NCBI RefSeq assembly: GCF_964204645.1
Contig: NC_134028.1
Span: 9,052,001-9,116,000 of the forward strand
Direction: 5' to 3'
DNA: 64,000 nt
From: Tubulanus polymorphus
Taxonomy: Eukaryota > Animalia > Nemertea
The notes below the pieces were generated by a model. That model searched no databases, was not told the origin of the DNA, and was given only the letters and a program-made list of their open reading frames with translations. Below, piece after piece: positions 22,064 through 38,636 of the stretch. Position 1 is the first letter of the stretch. The number at the start of each line of letters is the position of its first letter. The position numbers were made by a program, and so were the translations under genes.

Positions 22064-25000
22064 ATGTCTGGATCGTGTAAAATGTCGTCGATCGCTAAAG
22101 CTTGCGTGGATCTCACCAATGGAATTCGCGGATTACGAATCGGTTATAAATCTCTGTCTCAGGACGGCGCACAAAAAGGCTCGGAAACAACCTCGGCTAA
22201 ATGTAGCAGCAGCAGCAAACCAGGCTATAACAAAACCAAACCGAACGCCAAGATAAACGACTGGTATCTGAAGAAATTACCATACGTCAAAGATATCTGG
22301 AACGATGACCAGTTTCTCTCCAAATTCATGTATTATTTTTCGCCGCAAGAGCGCGGGCTTTTGGCGCAAGTTTGCTGTAAATGGAGGGATACGATTTATC
22401 AGATACAATATTGGGTTGGAGTTACTCCTGTGATTAAATGCCGAGACTGGAGTAAAGATGAACCGGGGCGATTAAAATTCTACCAAAGTTTACAGATGCG
22501 CGGGTTCGATTCGGTGTGTTTATTCGGTGCCACGGATGTTGACGTCAACGAATTCATAACTAATTTTCCGCCATCGCGCAAACACATTCGCTCGGCCAGC
22601 CTACGGTGTTCAAACATCACTGATTACGGGTTGGAGACGTTACTGGAGAAAATGATCTGTATTTATCGACTGGAATTATCGGGATGTAACGAAATCACCG
22701 AAGCTGGACTGTGGTCATGTCTGAACTCGAAAGTAATTTCGTTGAGTATAAGCGACTGTATTAACGTAGCAGACGACAGCGTTGGTGCGATATCGCAGCT
22801 TCTGCCGTCGTTGTACGAACTGAATCTACAAGCGTACCATGTCACCGACTCTGCGCTGGCTTTCTTCAGCTCAAAACAGAGTTACACTCTGTGCGTTCTG
22901 CGGTTACAGTCGTGCTGGGAGATCACTAATCACGGTATCGTTAATATCGTTCATTCCCTGCCCAATCTGACCGTGCTCAGTTTGGCCGGGTGCAGTAAAA
23001 TAACCGACGACGGTGTCGAGCTGATCGCTGAAAACCTAAGAAAACTGAAAAGTCTCGATTTGTCCTGGTGTCCTCGAATAACCGACAGGGCCCTTGAATA
23101 TATCGCTTGTGATTTGGGGCAACTCGAAGAACTAACGCTGGACAGGTACGTAGCCTATATATGTAAGCTTAGTAGGTTTCGCTGTAGTTTTTGTTTTCAA
23201 TCATTTGAATCGAATACCAGGGGTGGATACAGGGGTCGCACCTGCGGCACGTGCGACCCCTTGAATTTGTCAAGTGCCCTTTTCAAAAAGATTCTCATAA
23301 AAATACCGTCCGGCCCGCTACAGCGCCCGCAAAATCCGGCGTCCGGGCCTAGGAAATGAATTAGAATTCGAATTATTGTCGGAAAGGGCACGTTATATTG
23401 CAAAAAGGGCACATTTTACTGAATCAATTACCAAAAAATGGCACATATTATTGAATCAATTGCCAAAAGGCACGTTATATTGCCAAAAAGGGCATGTTTT
23501 ATTGTCAAAAAGGGCACATTTTATTGCGAAAAATGGCACGTTATATTGCCAAAAATTCAGAAAAGGGCTCCAAAAATAGTTTGAAAAATCCTGTTCAGGG
23601 CGGAATTAATCTCCAAAATGAGGGCGCATTCAATCATATTACTGAAGTGCTCTGACAGGGCACGACACAATGACTATCAGCAAGCTCAAATTGCCAAAAA
23701 AATCCTAAAGGCACATTGTATTGCCAAAAGGGCACGTTCATAAAAAATTCAGAAAAGGGCTAAAAGAATAGTTAGCTCAAAAATATCACTCAATAACTTT
23801 TATATCACATTCTAAAAGGGGCACGTTCAAATTGCAATAAATACTAAAAGTGGTATGTTATTGCCTAAAATTCAGACAATGGTATTTTTGCCATTTTGAT
23901 GCCTCAGATGCTCTGATAGCTGGGCTTCAAATTTTAAACTGATTCTAAACCCCTTGGTGGCTTCGTACCTTCGGTGCTCGCCTCGTCGTGGTAATACAAA
24001 TCCGGACAGGTGCCCTCTTGAATGAGTGCTACCCATTGAATTCGGGCCTAGATCTGCCCCTGAATACCGTACATGGAAAAACAGTTATATACGTATTAAG
24101 TAATTTAATGAGAACTCTGCAGTCGACTGTGGCAATCAGGGATTCCGCTAGTGGCAAGCAGGGATCCGCCAGGTGGCAAGCGTGAAAATTCGGACAACGA
24201 TGCCTGATTTTATCCCAAATTCCAACACGTAAAATCAGTCCATAATAATATTTATTTCGCCATGTACATCAGTATAAATGATATATAGATTATAAACAAT
24301 TTACATATATACGAGGCTGGATGCTTGGAAAGCCAATGGAGGCGCAGGCTGTGTCCCGTAGGGATCCAAGCACCCAGAAATTCAATCTCAGTGAAAATCT
24401 ATGAATCTATTAAAAATGTCGCTTTAAATTACTCGCCCAAAGATCACTCCCAGTTTATCCAATATTTCTTATTCCTGATCGAATTGTCCTATTGTTGCGC
24501 TTACCTTGGTTTCTCAAAATTTTGCTATCTAGTACATATTTCTAAACGTTTCTAATTGTCAGATCATTTTCCAGTTTCGTTCGAATTCATATTCATATCA
24601 CATGTTCGATAATTGTTTTCTTTTTTTCATTTTGAAAATTAACATAAATCTCCATTCTCTTATCAATTTCTGCATTTTCATACCAAGTTCTCTATTTCTC
24701 TAATTGCGAGTTAATTTTGCTACGTATGTGTAGTAAATTTCTCCATTCCTTTACGGTTTCTCCATTCATTCATGAATCCCTGTTTCTCAATTTCTTTAAC
24801 AATTAGAGGTGTACGCCTTGCCAATATGGAGGTGTATGTTTTGCCAATATGGTATTATTCAAGTAAATGCAAAATAGCGTTACTAGAATACTGCCGTTAC
24901 GACTATACGTACCTTGTAAATTTCACCATTATTGTCAAATCAATTCCTCCATTGTCTAAATCAGTTTGCCCATCTTGTATACAATATTATATATACTTGA

Positions 25001-26404
25001 ATTTCCATTTTCTGATTATTTTCCATTCTCTCTAGTTTCCATTCCCTAACTTCTCAATTTTCTTATTGGTGCTTTTTAATTGACCTTCAACTTGTTAATT
25101 GACCTTCACATTCCCGTTCGCTAGGTGTAACCACATAACAGACATGGGGGTCGGTTATTTGTCAACAATGACGTCACTGGTGAAATTGTTTCTACGATGG
25201 TGTACGCTGATACGAGATTTTGGTTTGCAGCACCTCTACACCATGAAAAATCTTAAAGTACTCTCATTAGCCGGTAAGCATCGGGAATGCATGTTTTTTA
25301 ATCAATATACCATGCAATAGCGCATCGACATCTCCTACCTGAATTATATTCAGCGACTGCTGTAGATCATAACAACCACCTGTCCCCACGGAGCACCGCG
25401 GACATTTCCGCGGACAGAAAGGGTTGGTCGAAGCTTGCGGTCGACCAGTAGTAGTATATTTATAATTATACCGATGGTAGCAACATCTCGAGCAACTATT
25501 CCATGTCTTTGAACACTAAGGCCGGTCCTCGATATTTTCTGACAGCCAGCATTTTCTTGGTCTTACCTTTTTCTTACTGTTGGTACATGTACAATCAACG
25601 ATGTTGCCAAAAATGAACCCCACCAGTCGCTTGCCCGTTCTGGCTGGATGGATGGTTGTTAGCCGAAATCTCCAACTGTGCGTACTTGATTCTCCAATAT
25701 CAGATGCCCTCAACAATAGATTGGTGGATTAAGTGGAGAGTCATAATGGGGCTGTTGGCCCTTGCCCCAACTCTTAATCCTGAGATCTGTTGCCAGGGGA
25801 CATGAATAATGGGAGGCATTTCATTCTATGACACAGTCCACAACTTGTTCTCCGACAGCCAGCATTTGTTGGTCATGGTCTCGCACTTAACCTTGGTAGT
25901 TGGTACCACATAAACGATGCCTGCGTGGAAAAGTGACACATTTTCCAAAATGAATTCGGCTGCGATTGAGTGTGCCGAGTTATTCGACCAGTGTGCTGAG
26001 GCTATGGGCATTGAATTTTGGCAAATCTGTCCCCATTTTCTAATGCCTGATTTGCGTTGAAAAAGTGTCTAAAGTTCATCGATACCGGTCTGAGACGTAA
26101 ACTGCGTCTCAGCATTTCGGTCCTAAATTGAATTTAGTAGGGTTTGAAACCACTGATGACAAAATTCGTCACGTTTACTTCATTACTTTTTTAAAGATGT
26201 GTTGTCGGAATTTTGAGTTCGTATCCGATCAATTTGTGTATTCATTTCGTTTTAGGCTGTAGTCAGTTATCGTCTGGAGGGCTGTCAGGGTTGTCGCAGT
26301 TACGCAATCTACAGGAGATTGAATTGACTAACTGCCCCGGTGCCACGACCGAACTTATAGCATACCTCAGAGAAAACATGAACAAAAGTCTAATCATTGA
26401 CTGA
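22064..26404 (+). CDS. FBXL16: F-box and leucine-rich repeat protein 16 (exons 22064-23145, 25125-25273, 26256-26404; alternative start ATG 22082)
   Basis: F-box-like [26 protein letters not shown], then FBXL16-type LRRs ([96 protein letters not shown]|CNHITD.G, LRWC, ELTNCPG). Junctions are in phase. Confidence 0.95.
23218..24062. mobile_element. Non-autonomous DNA transposon in FBXL16 intron 1
   Basis: TIRs CAGGGGTGGAT / ATCTGCCCCTG, flanking direct repeat AATAC, internal repeated aaagggcac/attgccaaaa units. Confidence 0.7.
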
Positions 26405-28316
26405 AAAAAACCAAACCGAATCCATAGAACGGGTATGACTATTTGACATGTATCCTGAAAAACCGATTTATCAATGGCATTTCTGCGAACGAGTCTATTT
26501 ATGAGGGAATTTGGAAAAGAAGAAAGAAATGCAGAACAGATTTGCTGCTTATTGAAATGATTTGTTATTTTGAAACTTGCGTATATAGTCGTGTAGGTCT
26601 TCACGTTTTCACGAGCGGTTTAATGTAGATAAATACGCTGTCTCGGCCGAGCATGCGAAATGCAGCGGCCCGTAGAAGCTATTGTTGAGCTGCTCAGACC
26701 TTTTTTTATTATTTGGAGTACGGATTTTTTTCAAGAAAAAAGTGGAAGGGGAAGATAAAGAATGAGAATCAAACAAAATTTATGGTAGGCGTTTTAAAAC
26801 GGAAGGGAACAGTAAGAATAAAAAAGTAGTGAAAATTGTGATGAGAATTCGATTCGAATGACGGTAGAAATGAAAAAAAAACTGACTTCTTTAGAAATTG
26901 CGATGGAAACACGTAGGAAAAATTTTCTTTAATTAATTTTCATTTTTACGGAATTCCGGGAGGCGGATCCGTATTACCAAGTGATGAATAGAAGGCCACA
27001 GTAAGAAACGGTACATTTTCGTGAAAACTGACGAATTCGGTTTGACGAGGTGAATAAACAGTTCTTCTTATTATTCGTCTGCTCGTGGAGTCGTCCTGAC
27101 ATCAGAGGATACTTCACGAGCAGGCAGAAATCGCTGCTGCCCGATAAACCGCTCGTGAAATCCGGTATATATTTCTATAGGTTTGGTTGTTGTGTGCAAC
27201 GAACGTGTAAAAAGTGATATAGAATATTATTTTGTTATCATTCCATTTTTGAACTAAATGTGATTTTTGCAATACGCAGTATCCGAGGTGTATCATCGAG
27301 TTTAGCGAAGTGTGTACAGGTACGTACGCGTATTATCGCCATTAGGTATCAATTCGATACAGTCGTAAGCGACACGATATAACCACCACGACTAGTCAAA
27401 CAAAAGCAATGTTTATTCGTAATGGAGCATTACTCTCTAGATACCATGACTTTTTCGATATCGATTATCAGCTAGATCGGTTAGCGAGTCCGAAGCCTAG
27501 ACCATAATGTATACGTGTACATGGCCGCATGTAATTAGTACACCTGTATATATCATCAATTTTATGCACGGGCGTCACCACATTCAAGTTCGAGCTCTAG
27601 TTTATTTCACGGAAAGCAAAATATACAGATATTGAAGAATAAATGGCAGTCAGTTTTAACTTTTATACATAGCCGCGCGTGGTTAACGACCAATACGACG
27701 CTGACGTCACGCACACAACTTCACAGCCTCCATATTTTAATTTCTCGGATCTCATTTCGACTTTGGTCACCAAAAATGTATGTAGATCACTCCTGATTAA
27801 TCATTAAGATTCATGTAGTATTACATAGGTCAGAATGCAGTTCCTTCGTTAAATTGTACAAAGCGGTTTTTTAAATGTCAGAATTTCATATGTAAAACCA
27901 GGGTTAACTAAATCCAGGTGATAACTATCATTTTCAAATGAAATAAAACATTATACTTATGAAGTAAGCCTAGTTTAAACAGGCTTTTGAAATTGCTATA
28001 TATATTACCTACGTGGTTCTATAAAATTTAGCAAGACGATTCTACCTACCAAGGTGAGATAGTATGCCATATTATTGAGTTACCAATTCAACGGTAGCCT
28101 ACGTGATTACATCAATGTTTCGGTAACGAAAACCTCTTATTCATTGTTTTCTAGCTCATTTGAAATATGTATTATCATTAGGATAAACTAATGCTGCCTT
28201 GAAATCTATGGGCCCTATTTGTAAATAATGCGGAAAATGATATTATTGATAATTGTCTTAGTTGTTTATGCGTTGCTAATTGATATTAAACATAGTATAA
28301 TGTATAACGATGATTG

Positions 28317-28319
<3 letters not shown>

Positions 28320-28401
<82 letters not shown>
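28320..28401. repeat. (TA)n microsatellite
   Basis: About 40 uninterrupted TA units. Confidence 0.98.
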
Positions 28402-28404
<3 letters not shown>

Positions 28405-28625
28405 GATGTATCTTTGAATTAATATGAAATTATTTATCTTAAGTACATATAGGAACCACAAATTGATTAAAATAAATGAAGTCAATTTTCGTGAAGAGTT
28501 GAAGTCGATTTTATAGGCACAAGGCGTTAACTGTCTTTTTTCATTAATTATAACTTATACCCATCCTATCTCGGCAGGGATTCGAACCTGATGGCATCGC
28601 GATACTGCCAGCTCGCTGTGGTTAC

Positions 28626-28953
28626 CATCCTCGCTTGCCAGGGGTCCGGTATCACTCCCGAACTCGCTTCCAACAGCCCCCTGGCCTCACGAAGCGTGAT
28701 TTCATTACTGGCGCTGTTGCGCATGACGGTCATATATCGATTTGCGAAATACTTCCTTGTTCGGTAAAACGTTCGCTGATTGGTCCATTTAACGGGAAAA
28801 CCAACATAAGTCTACTGACGGTTTGTTACAAGCGCTGTGATTGGTACGACCGGATTCTGGTCGGCTAGTAACGACTCCAACGACTCGTGAGGTCAAGGGG
28901 TTCGGGGAACAGCTTTAGCGTAGTGGGTTCGAATCCCTTGACGGGTGAAGATG
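28626..28953. mobile_element. Mutator-like MITE (copy 1), nested in a smaller inverted-repeat element (28558-28979)
   Basis: TIR CATCCTCGC.. / ..GTGAAGATG, 9-bp TSD TGTGGTTAC (28617-28625, 28954-28962), highly similar to 42643-42967. The host element has ends tacccatc..tctcgg / ccgagaatggggta. Confidence 0.85.
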
Positions 28954-29377
28954 TGTGGTTACCTACCGAGAATGGGGTACCGGCACCGCTACTGTGGCAA
29001 TCGAGGATTCCACGTATGGCAGGCGAGGATCCGCCTGGAGCTTAAAAGCCCAGTTCAAAGTTCATTGAAAATGAACTAATTTTCACTACGTATAACCTAT
29101 TATTTTGTTGAAGAAATAAACGGTACTTCAAAAATTGACACTTTTTTCGACCGCACGCTAGTTGACAGGTTGACAGGTAGACTGGTATATTCTCATTTTT
29201 AAAAGTTGGTAAGCAAAACCCATTATAGTTGGTGTTTTAATGAAACCGCATCTTCAGAGTAACGAAAATAATAAGATAATAATAATAATTTTACTTCGTA
29301 GATTTTACAAAATTTCATATTTCATTCATTTTCGGAAATGAAATATTAATGATTATTATTAGCTGATACATTTTCGT

Positions 29378-29425
29378 TTTCTCTGATGATGAGGTTTTAA
29401 AACCTCACGAAACTTTTAGAATAAA
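29378..29425 (+). ncRNA. Degenerate Penelope-type hammerhead motif
   Basis: ttct CTGATGA TGAGGTTTTAAAACCTCA c GAAAC tttt agAATAAA: core boxes and a palindromic stem II are intact; stem III is ACTT rather than ACGT. Confidence 0.45.
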
Positions 29426-30602
29426 CTTTTATATCATCAACATATCTCAAATATCCGACTATGGTTTCCGTCCTGTGGATAATTGAAACCACGTAATGAA
29501 GGTAGGACACATATCAGTTTCGGTCGACTCATTGATGTAACAACAAAAGTCCATACCTGGCAAAAATCTTCAACATGGTGAAGTTGGCCAGTAATAGGTA
29601 GATTACTGTCTACGTAAATCTGTAGTGAAATGGACAGTAACAACTGTAGGACAAGCCCATAGTTCACAGCGATCATGGACGACCTTGGTGGCAGACATCA
29701 ATCGTACATGCGCCAAACTACAGTCGTCAATCGTAACGTTTTATTTCGGATAGCCGCTTGACGATTCGATGCCAATGAAAGCTTATGCGCTGATATAAAT
29801 GATCAGGATCGAATATTGGAAATAAATTGACACAGTCGTTTCGAAGATTCCTGTTGGATGAAATAGATAACAGGAACGGGGTGTTTGGTTTCGTTGATGA
29901 TTAAGTTCAGTTGAAACTTCGGAACTGCCAACAAATTATCAACAGTGGGTTTTGTTCATCGACTCTGAAAAACTAAGATCAATACCAGTCTATCAGTTAT
30001 GGTAATTGCACGTCCCATATCAGCATCAGGGCGCTTACTTGTGCCCCTTTTACCCAATCAATGATGCATTTATCGATAGATTTGTGTTACGCCGAGAGGT
30101 ATCTATAGGCTTGACAGTCTTGTTTACTTTCTGGTACGCTCAGCTCCGGTAAGTCGGGTTTGCTTGAATACCGTTGTAAGTAAGTGTCGCCATAGTATAG
30201 CGTGGTAGCACCCGTAATTCTCACGGGTTCTAAAAAGGGTACCAGTGACACAGGGACCAGATGGTTTTATCATGTTCTTAAAACAACTATTATCATATCT
30301 AATTCTAATATCATATATTCACGTGAATTTACAAAGTGCCTATCTATACGTATATAGGGAAGACTGTCAAGCATCCCATCAAAATCTAGGAGCGGGTATA
30401 TCCTGACCTTGGAATCGTCATTAACTCAGCCTTGCATTTTCTCCTTGAATCAAATGAAGACATGATTTTCAAACCCATCGCAGATCGAAGATGGGTATTA
30501 TCAAGCAAGACACAGCTGTGCGGGCGTATTTCTTTGTGCCTTAAAAGTAGGAACGACATATGTTGCATATAACTGCAGTTGACATCAAACCAGGAATCGA
30601 AC

Positions 30603-31703
30603 ATGAAGCTACGTTATGTTATTTCTAACCGATGTTCGCAAATATTCGCCGTTTTGTTTTTTGTTCTACTTTGCGAATACGCGTTCGTCATATATAGCCA
30701 GTATAATGTAATATCGTCTAAAAGAACCAGACGATATTTCACGAGCGAGCGATCGCCGGAAGCACCGGCACCGTCGGATATTAAACCAATGGAACAAGAT
30801 GTTCATCGAATCGGCACCAACATGAAAGCGTACAAAGATAAACTACCCTTTAGAATCGACAACTTGCTCGATGCGGCGAAATATTTCGGTTATGGATTGA
30901 GGCGTTCGGAAATGAAAGACTTTCGAGAATTATTTTCTCTTTTCAAAAAATTGATGGACAGGCACGGCATCGAATTCATGCTAGTCGGAGGTTCACTCCT
31001 CGGCGCCGTTCGACATCACGGATTCGTCCCGTGGGATGATGACTTCGACGTGGCCGTGCCTCGCGAAAAATTCTCTCTCATTAAAAAATTATTCGATCAA
31101 AGAATTGCGTCGGCTAAGATCAAACTTGTGTCCTGGCCGTTGCGGAATATGCATTGGAAAGTTCACCTCGCAAAGAATCTTCTAATTCCAATACGAAATA
31201 AACCGGGCAAGCGATTCAGGCATTCGTGGCCGTATATCGACATATTTCCGTACGATACGCCTAACGACGTCAACATTACCTTACTATGCCTCAGAAAGTA
31301 CAAGAATATTTCACAGGCATTGATTTACCCGAAAGTTCGTGTACCGTTCGAAGGTTTCTGGATACCGGCTCCGAAGAGATGGACGTCATTTGCTGGAATA
31401 ATGTACAGGAATATTGGTCCAGACGGAAGATGCGCGGGAGGCCTTTACGACCACCGGCACGAAACCGGAAAAATGTTCATGAAAACCGTGAAATGTAAGG
31501 TTTTGAAACCGTTTTTTCCGTTCGTCGAGCGAACCTGTTTGGACGGCAAAATCGTAGAAACATTGAAAGTAGGGGAAACTGTGATACACGTGTGGTCTTA
31601 CGGTCGTTTAGATAAAACGGCGCCGGTTACTGAGATACCGTGGATACCACATTCCTGCAGCCAAAACTTCACAAACTTAACGATGCAACGTTCACCTAAC
31701 TAA
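30603..31703 (+). CDS. LicD/fukutin-related nucleotidyltransferase-fold protein (type II membrane), single coding exon
   Basis: N-terminal signal anchor (IFAVLFFVLLCEYAFVIY), LicD signature FMLVGGSLLGAVRHHGFVPWDDDFDV, WPYIDIFPY and PFEG...PAP. An acceptor (ctgcag) lies just upstream of ATG 30603. Confidence 0.9.
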   Translation: MKLRYVISNRCSQIFAVLFFVLLCEYAFVIYSQYNVISSKRTRRYFTSERSPEAPAPSDIKPMEQDVHRIGTNMKAYKDKLPFRIDNLLDAAKYFGYGLRRSEMKDFRELFSLFKKLMDRHGIEFMLVGGSLLGAVRHHGFVPWDDDFDVAVPREKFSLIKKLFDQRIASAKIKLVSWPLRNMHWKVHLAKNLLIPIRNKPGKRFRHSWPYIDIFPYDTPNDVNITLLCLRKYKNISQALIYPKVRVPFEGFWIPAPKRWTSFAGIMYRNIGPDGRCAGGLYDHRHETGKMFMKTVKCKVLKPFFPFVERTCLDGKIVETLKVGETVIHVWSYGRLDKTAPVTEIPWIPHSCSQNFTNLTMQRSPN

Positions 31704-33694
31704 GGGCCATGGATTAATCGTATGAACAAGTAGATACGTATCGCGATGATCCTCGTATATAGTTTGATCTAGGAGTATTTATCTGGACAAGGTTACGACA
31801 AGGCAATTACTCCAAAGTTTGCTGTACTTGTTTTTAGGCGTTCAGACGTACGTAGTTTTTTGACGCCTTATAAAACGTTACCATTATGAAAACTAAACAA
31901 CGTTAACCATTCAGCGTCATTTTACAAACGACAACCGTAAATCGATGTGCAAAACGTCACAGGTCTATGTGTACACTTACAAGCTATTTGGCAAAATGTT
32001 ATTGACAAAGATGTAGAATGGCTTCCTGTGATTATATAATGACCTCTATTTGAACGTCGAAATGTTATATTGCATTGAATAAAATGAGAGGACGTATTGT
32101 AATAGAAATGGATGTATGATTATATCAGAAGCGGCAGGCATATATAGAAATGATAAGTAAATCGGATTATTCGGTTAATTGGCGGATGTATACACGATTT
32201 GGAAGTCTGATATAAAAGTCAGACCCTGACATGGGGATGCTGGTGGAATGACGAAGCTATCTACGATCTGTGTAGGGCCGGTGTGAATTTCATCGGCGGC
32301 TACAAGCGGTCAATATGAAAACGTGAAAACATGTAATTTCAATATTCAAATATTTTAGAAAATATGTTCGATATTAGGGGTATGCAGGTTTCAAGGGATT
32401 AGCAATTTGTAAAAGCATAGCTGTCATATACGGCTCTGCATCCACTGATGGCATGTGTATTAGGTAACAATTCAATTCAATTCTTTATTGATCCTTATTA
32501 GATTGAAATTCAGGGATAAATTTCCCAAATTAAATAAATTTACAAATTCTAAAATAAGAAAATACAAAATACAAGACACATGGGTAATTCATTTAGAATA
32601 ACATGAATAAGTTATTTAAATGACAATGTCTACTTCAACCCAGACTCAAGACTAGGATATCGAGTGACAGCCAAACCGGGCCCGGGGACCGGGCCGGCTG
32701 GCTACACGATCATGCTCAAACTCATGATGAAGCAGACATCAGAAGAGCTCTTTCTTCAACCATGGAGGCAATGAAGTTGCAGACCAGCTTAGAGGCAAAA
32801 ATGAATCGAAGTCGGTCGCAAGTTGACAATTTTTTTTATTTAGACCAGTCGAAGACCTGTATCATCTACCCAATCGTCAAATCCCATAATTCCTCAAATT
32901 TCTTAAAACTTCGATTGCAAATTTGCAATTCCACACTAGCTTATCCCAGAAATTCTAAATTTTTTTCGCAGGCGTCAAATAATCTATTAAAATTAATTTT
33001 CTTGTTTTATCTGTCTTGAAGTATATAGATGTATAGTGACTTGAAGGTGCGTTTATGACCGAAAGATAATGGAGAATGCTTTAGCGGAGCTTGTGTGTGG
33101 CAACAGATTGAGCAAAACGATGGCCAGAGAAATCCGCCGAAGTTTCAAAGGGTAGTTCTAAAAAAATGATAGAGACTAGTGTGAAAACTATCATCACTGC
33201 AAGGTCCATGGACCTAGTAAGCGTCGGAAAAGAAATCTTTCATTCAATTACAGGAATATACCATTTCCCAGATCGCCGGATAGATTTTGCACCAAGCATC
33301 GCGTGGGTTCCTTGCATAAAACCAGCGTGTTATAGACATCAAGTGTGAAAATTTCGCGATGTGGTCAGGGCCATCCTCCCTCGGCAGAGATACGAATTAT
33401 ATGCTGTATATCGCTGTGAATTGTAAATCTTCCACGTTGGCCTCAATAAAAAAGAGAATAACGGGAAAAGTTCTTGACTTAGTTCCAATTATCAAATTCA
33501 CAAAAATCATGGATAAAAAATATAACTTTATTCATATAGATTGCTAATTATCACAGTCAGAATATTACAATGTACATATAGATAGAAAAGTCTAATTTGG
33601 TTGGCCTACGAAACTGTACATTGTGTGCAGAGAGTGTATTCGTGTTTCTCTGGGTAACCATATCATTAAATGGTCGTTACTGTGGGTGTCTAAA

Positions 33695-33913
33695 GCCTGA
33701 AGCCAAGCTCAGGTCAACTAAGATCCGACCAGATCATCAAGACCAATCGTAAGCCGAATCGCATGGATAGACCAGATCGCCGTAGCCAATCAGCAACGAG
33801 TTTTGCATCACATGACTTCGAGACTCGACGATGATCGAGTTCAGGTGGTCACGTGTGTAGTATCGCTGTTCTAACGTCGATCTAGTCGGGTCGTAAGTCG
33901 ACCTGATCTAGGC
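33695..33913. mobile_element. MITE with imperfect TIRs
   Basis: tcaggtcaactaagatccgaccagatc / gatctagtcgggtcgtaagtcgacctga inverted ends. Confidence 0.55.
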
Positions 33914-35168
33914 ATAGAAGCTAAGTCTTGTTGCCAAACTGCACATGGGCTGTTGCCAACAATCCCATGATTAAGCTCCTGCCGACGCAGACACTCATGA
34001 ATTAATGTGTGGTGCAATATAGCTCGGTTGAGTCGAATTTCTTCATATGTCATATTGAATATTTTGGACCCATTTTCTGTACATACTAATGTTTATCACA
34101 TTCGATCTCGACGTCGGACTTTGCAAGTCGCACACACACATAAATCTCTGTCCGAAAACGATTCGACTTCGTACCACAATTTACCGTGTAAAAAAACCTT
34201 GTCTCAATTTGAGAGCAACTTTGAATTGTGTACCGGCTTTAAACAAGAAATAGTAAACGGGTGGATGACGTAAGTTCTAGTAGTATTAAATGTAGGCCTA
34301 CTATGGTTAATTATGATATATAGATTATACGTCGATTAGGTTAATTAAGCTTATCACAATATACACTATTTTTCCATGACCAAAATATTTTGTCCAACAA
34401 TGCCATCCTTATTACCAGATTTTTTTCAAATCAAACTTTTACATTATTCCAGATTCATTTGACTCCCGGTTCTACGTTTAAAAACTAAATACATTTGTAT
34501 GTACAAAACTAAGTACAGTAGGGAATTACATTTAGATGGATACCAATAATAAGCTGAGCTGAGTCTTCTGTGATCGTACTTAGTAGTTACAGGTTTTACT
34601 TTTCCTTTAAAAAAACTATTTACAGAATGGAATAATCGTTTCAGCAAGCGAGCGACAGCAGCGAATTCTGATGGAATACAATGAAATTTTGTAACAAACA
34701 CCAATGTATAAAACTACGTTGCTCTTACTAAAACACAAATGATGGTTATATTCGAGTCTTCACGCAAGAGAGCGAGATATTAATGATATGATATTCGTGC
34801 ATTAAATGTAACAAGTTTTAGTCGCCAAACACATTTTTTCTAAGTTACTACGATAGCAGGTTGATGAAATCCTATTATCGGCACTCTGAAGCTGGAAATA
34901 TATTGGCATTAACACACTTCTTTACAAGCGTTAAAATTCTTGGGATCAAGTTCTACAGTTTGAACACTGTTTGACAGTTGTACGTACCAGCTTCACAAAA
35001 TTAAGAAATATATCGTCAAAATAAGTAATTTTTGTATTATCTTGATGCAAATGTAATCTAGAAGGAACTGGGGCCATATACAGTCGTTTTTGGAAACTGA
35101 ACAAATTATGGAGAGTTCAGATCAGATGTAGACACTTCAGCATCAATCATTCAAAAATCACAATTGTT

Positions 35169-38636
<3,468 letters not shown>

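Noticed and set aside
23146-23359. C-terminal extension of the 431-aa FBXL16 ORF
   Set aside because: Read-through into intron 1 and a transposon; the real frame splices at 23145 to 25125.
32460-33550. Possible coding relic (short ORFs 32762-33547)
   Set aside because: No recognisable motif or consistent frame; a (CAATT)n + TTTATT retro-tail nearby suggests decayed repeat sequence.
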